IMG/VR virus record: IMGVR_UViG_3300033076_001272
Location: 1 to 28,061 of that record
DNA from: a virus
Taxonomy: Duplodnaviria > Caudoviricetes
Reading direction: 5' to 3' (one strand)
DNA length: 28,061 bases
Shown here one piece after another: positions 27,278 to 28,061 of the stretch (the stretch's first letter is position 1; the number at the start of each line of letters is the position of its first letter). The translations under genes were made by a program, and so were the position numbers. The notes beneath the pieces are model-generated. The model searched no databases and was not told where the DNA came from. It saw nothing but the letters and a program-made list of their open reading frames with translations.

Positions 27278-27286
27278 TATAAATAT
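27278..27286 (-). promoter_or_regulatory. ATATTTATA motif, putative phage promoter
   Basis: Occupies the 17-bp gap upstream of the ATG at 27271. Confidence 0.6.
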
Positions 27287-27288
27287 TT

Positions 27289-27816
27289 TTATCGGTAATT
27301 CTGAGTATTTAATTCTCTTCCTCCTAAATTATCATTCATTCCATAATCTATTCCATAAACAGGTCTATATCCACCTCCGTTTCCGCCACCGATTATATCA
27401 ATAGTAGGAGGAGTTACATATACACCATTTTCATCCAATTCTTTTATTAATACTTCATTTTGTTGCTCTGCACCTGCTTGCACTTCAAAAGTTTTCTTTG
27501 ATTTGGTATTATTACTTTCAAATGAAATTTTAACAGGACTTATTAATTGATTTTCAAAAAAATGAACAATTGCTTTTCCTTTTGAATATGTAACATCATT
27601 CCAATAATTACCATTTACCAATACTCTAACTTCAATAGGAGTATTACTATCCTCAATAAATGTTGAAAAAGTAATATTAATTTCTCTAGGCCTTGCATTA
27701 GGAGTTGAATAATCATAACCAGCAGATTGCCAATTATCATTTACCCATACCCATCTACTTCCATCATTAGATGTAATCATTTGCCCAGTATATTGTCCGT
27801 TAAATGTTGGTCTCAT
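27289..27816 (-). CDS. Hypothetical protein with Gly-rich C-terminal tail
   Basis: 175-aa ORF coupled (TAATG) to the upstream gene. Confidence 0.65.
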   Translation of the reverse strand: MRPTFNGQYTGQMITSNDGSRWVWVNDNWQSAGYDYSTPNARPREINITFSTFIEDSNTPIEVRVLVNGNYWNDVTYSKGKAIVHFFENQLISPVKISFESNNTKSKKTFEVQAGAEQQNEVLIKELDENGVYVTPPTIDIIGGGNGGGYRPVYGIDYGMNDNLGGRELNTQNYR

Positions 27817-28061
27817 TATTGAATATTTTCTTGTTGAGGTCTTCTTGGAACTATATCGTTATTGTAAATATAATCATCTACTATACCACCGCCACCACCG
27901 CCTGAAGGAGGTTGTTGCACAACTGGAGTTGGTTCATATGGTGATTGATATGGAACATTATAAATAGTTCCCATTCCACCTTGCTGATACATCATTTCTT
28001 GTTGTAATCTAGCTAATCTTTCTCTTTGTTGAGCCTGATCATCATAATTAACCGGTTCTTG
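27816..28061 (-). CDS. 3' end of a hypothetical gene truncated by the window edge
   Basis: Open frame QEPVNYDDQAQQRERL...PPSGGGGGGIVDDY...QQENIQ* whose TAA overlaps the next ATG. Confidence 0.7.
   Translation of the reverse strand, partial: QEPVNYDDQAQQRERLARLQQEMMYQQGGMGTIYNVPYQSPYEPTPVVQQPPSGGGGGGIVDDYIYNNDIVPRRPQQENIQ

Noticed and set aside
18783-27286. T4-type late promoters TATAAATA
   Set aside because: The matches are on the non-coding strand relative to the downstream genes, so they are reported as ATATTTAT instead.
2287-27404. Short plus-strand ORFs in the track (2287, 4379, 5795, 7502, 11841, 15565, 20554, 20796, 23962, 24426, 24735, 26256, 27165) and the minus-strand ORF 4687-4893
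   Set aside because: They lie antisense to, or in an alternative frame of, well-supported genes and carry no motifs. Their odd compositions (His-rich, Trp/Cys-rich) are shadows of the Pro repeats.
1-28061. Eukaryotic giant virus origin suggested by P4H, GT60 and the Mre11-Rad50 fusion
   Set aside because: Overlapping stop-start codons, an intrinsic terminator, Bacteroidota promoters, DnaG primase, S74 tail fibre and baseplate motifs all indicate a bacteriophage.
1-28061. Stop-codon reassignment
   Set aside because: Standard-code ORFs tile the window densely, including genes of 1000-1700 aa.

Overview
AT-rich, gene-dense segment of a large tailed (probably contractile-tailed) bacteriophage, with almost all genes on the minus strand. 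Two exact-spacing TTTG-N20-TAnnTTT(G/A) promoters, A/T-rich leaders without obvious Shine-Dalgarno sequences and an SprB-like module point to a Bacteroidota host. From right to left there are four modules. (1) Baseplate/tail structural genes (about 18.8-28 kb). (2) DNA metabolism and accessory genes: GIY-YIG-like nuclease, two SGNH-like proteins, primase, thyA, cupin and a single-chain Mre11-Rad50 fusion. (3) A lone plus-strand ribbon-helix-helix regulator. (4) A tail fibre with a peptidase S74 chaperone, followed by two small Pro/Thr-rich (PTPAP, PPPP) adhesin-like proteins and a modification cassette: Gnt1/GT60-like GlcNAc transferase, GT2, prolyl 4-hydroxylase, a second 2OG-Fe(II) oxygenase and a GT-B transferase. 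The best candidate for an undescribed system is a phage-encoded proline hydroxylation plus hydroxyproline O-glycosylation pathway acting on extensin-like stalks of fibre-tip proteins. Its first two glycosyltransferases can be fused by a one-base slip in an A10 tract. All calls come from reading motifs by eye; no database searches were run.
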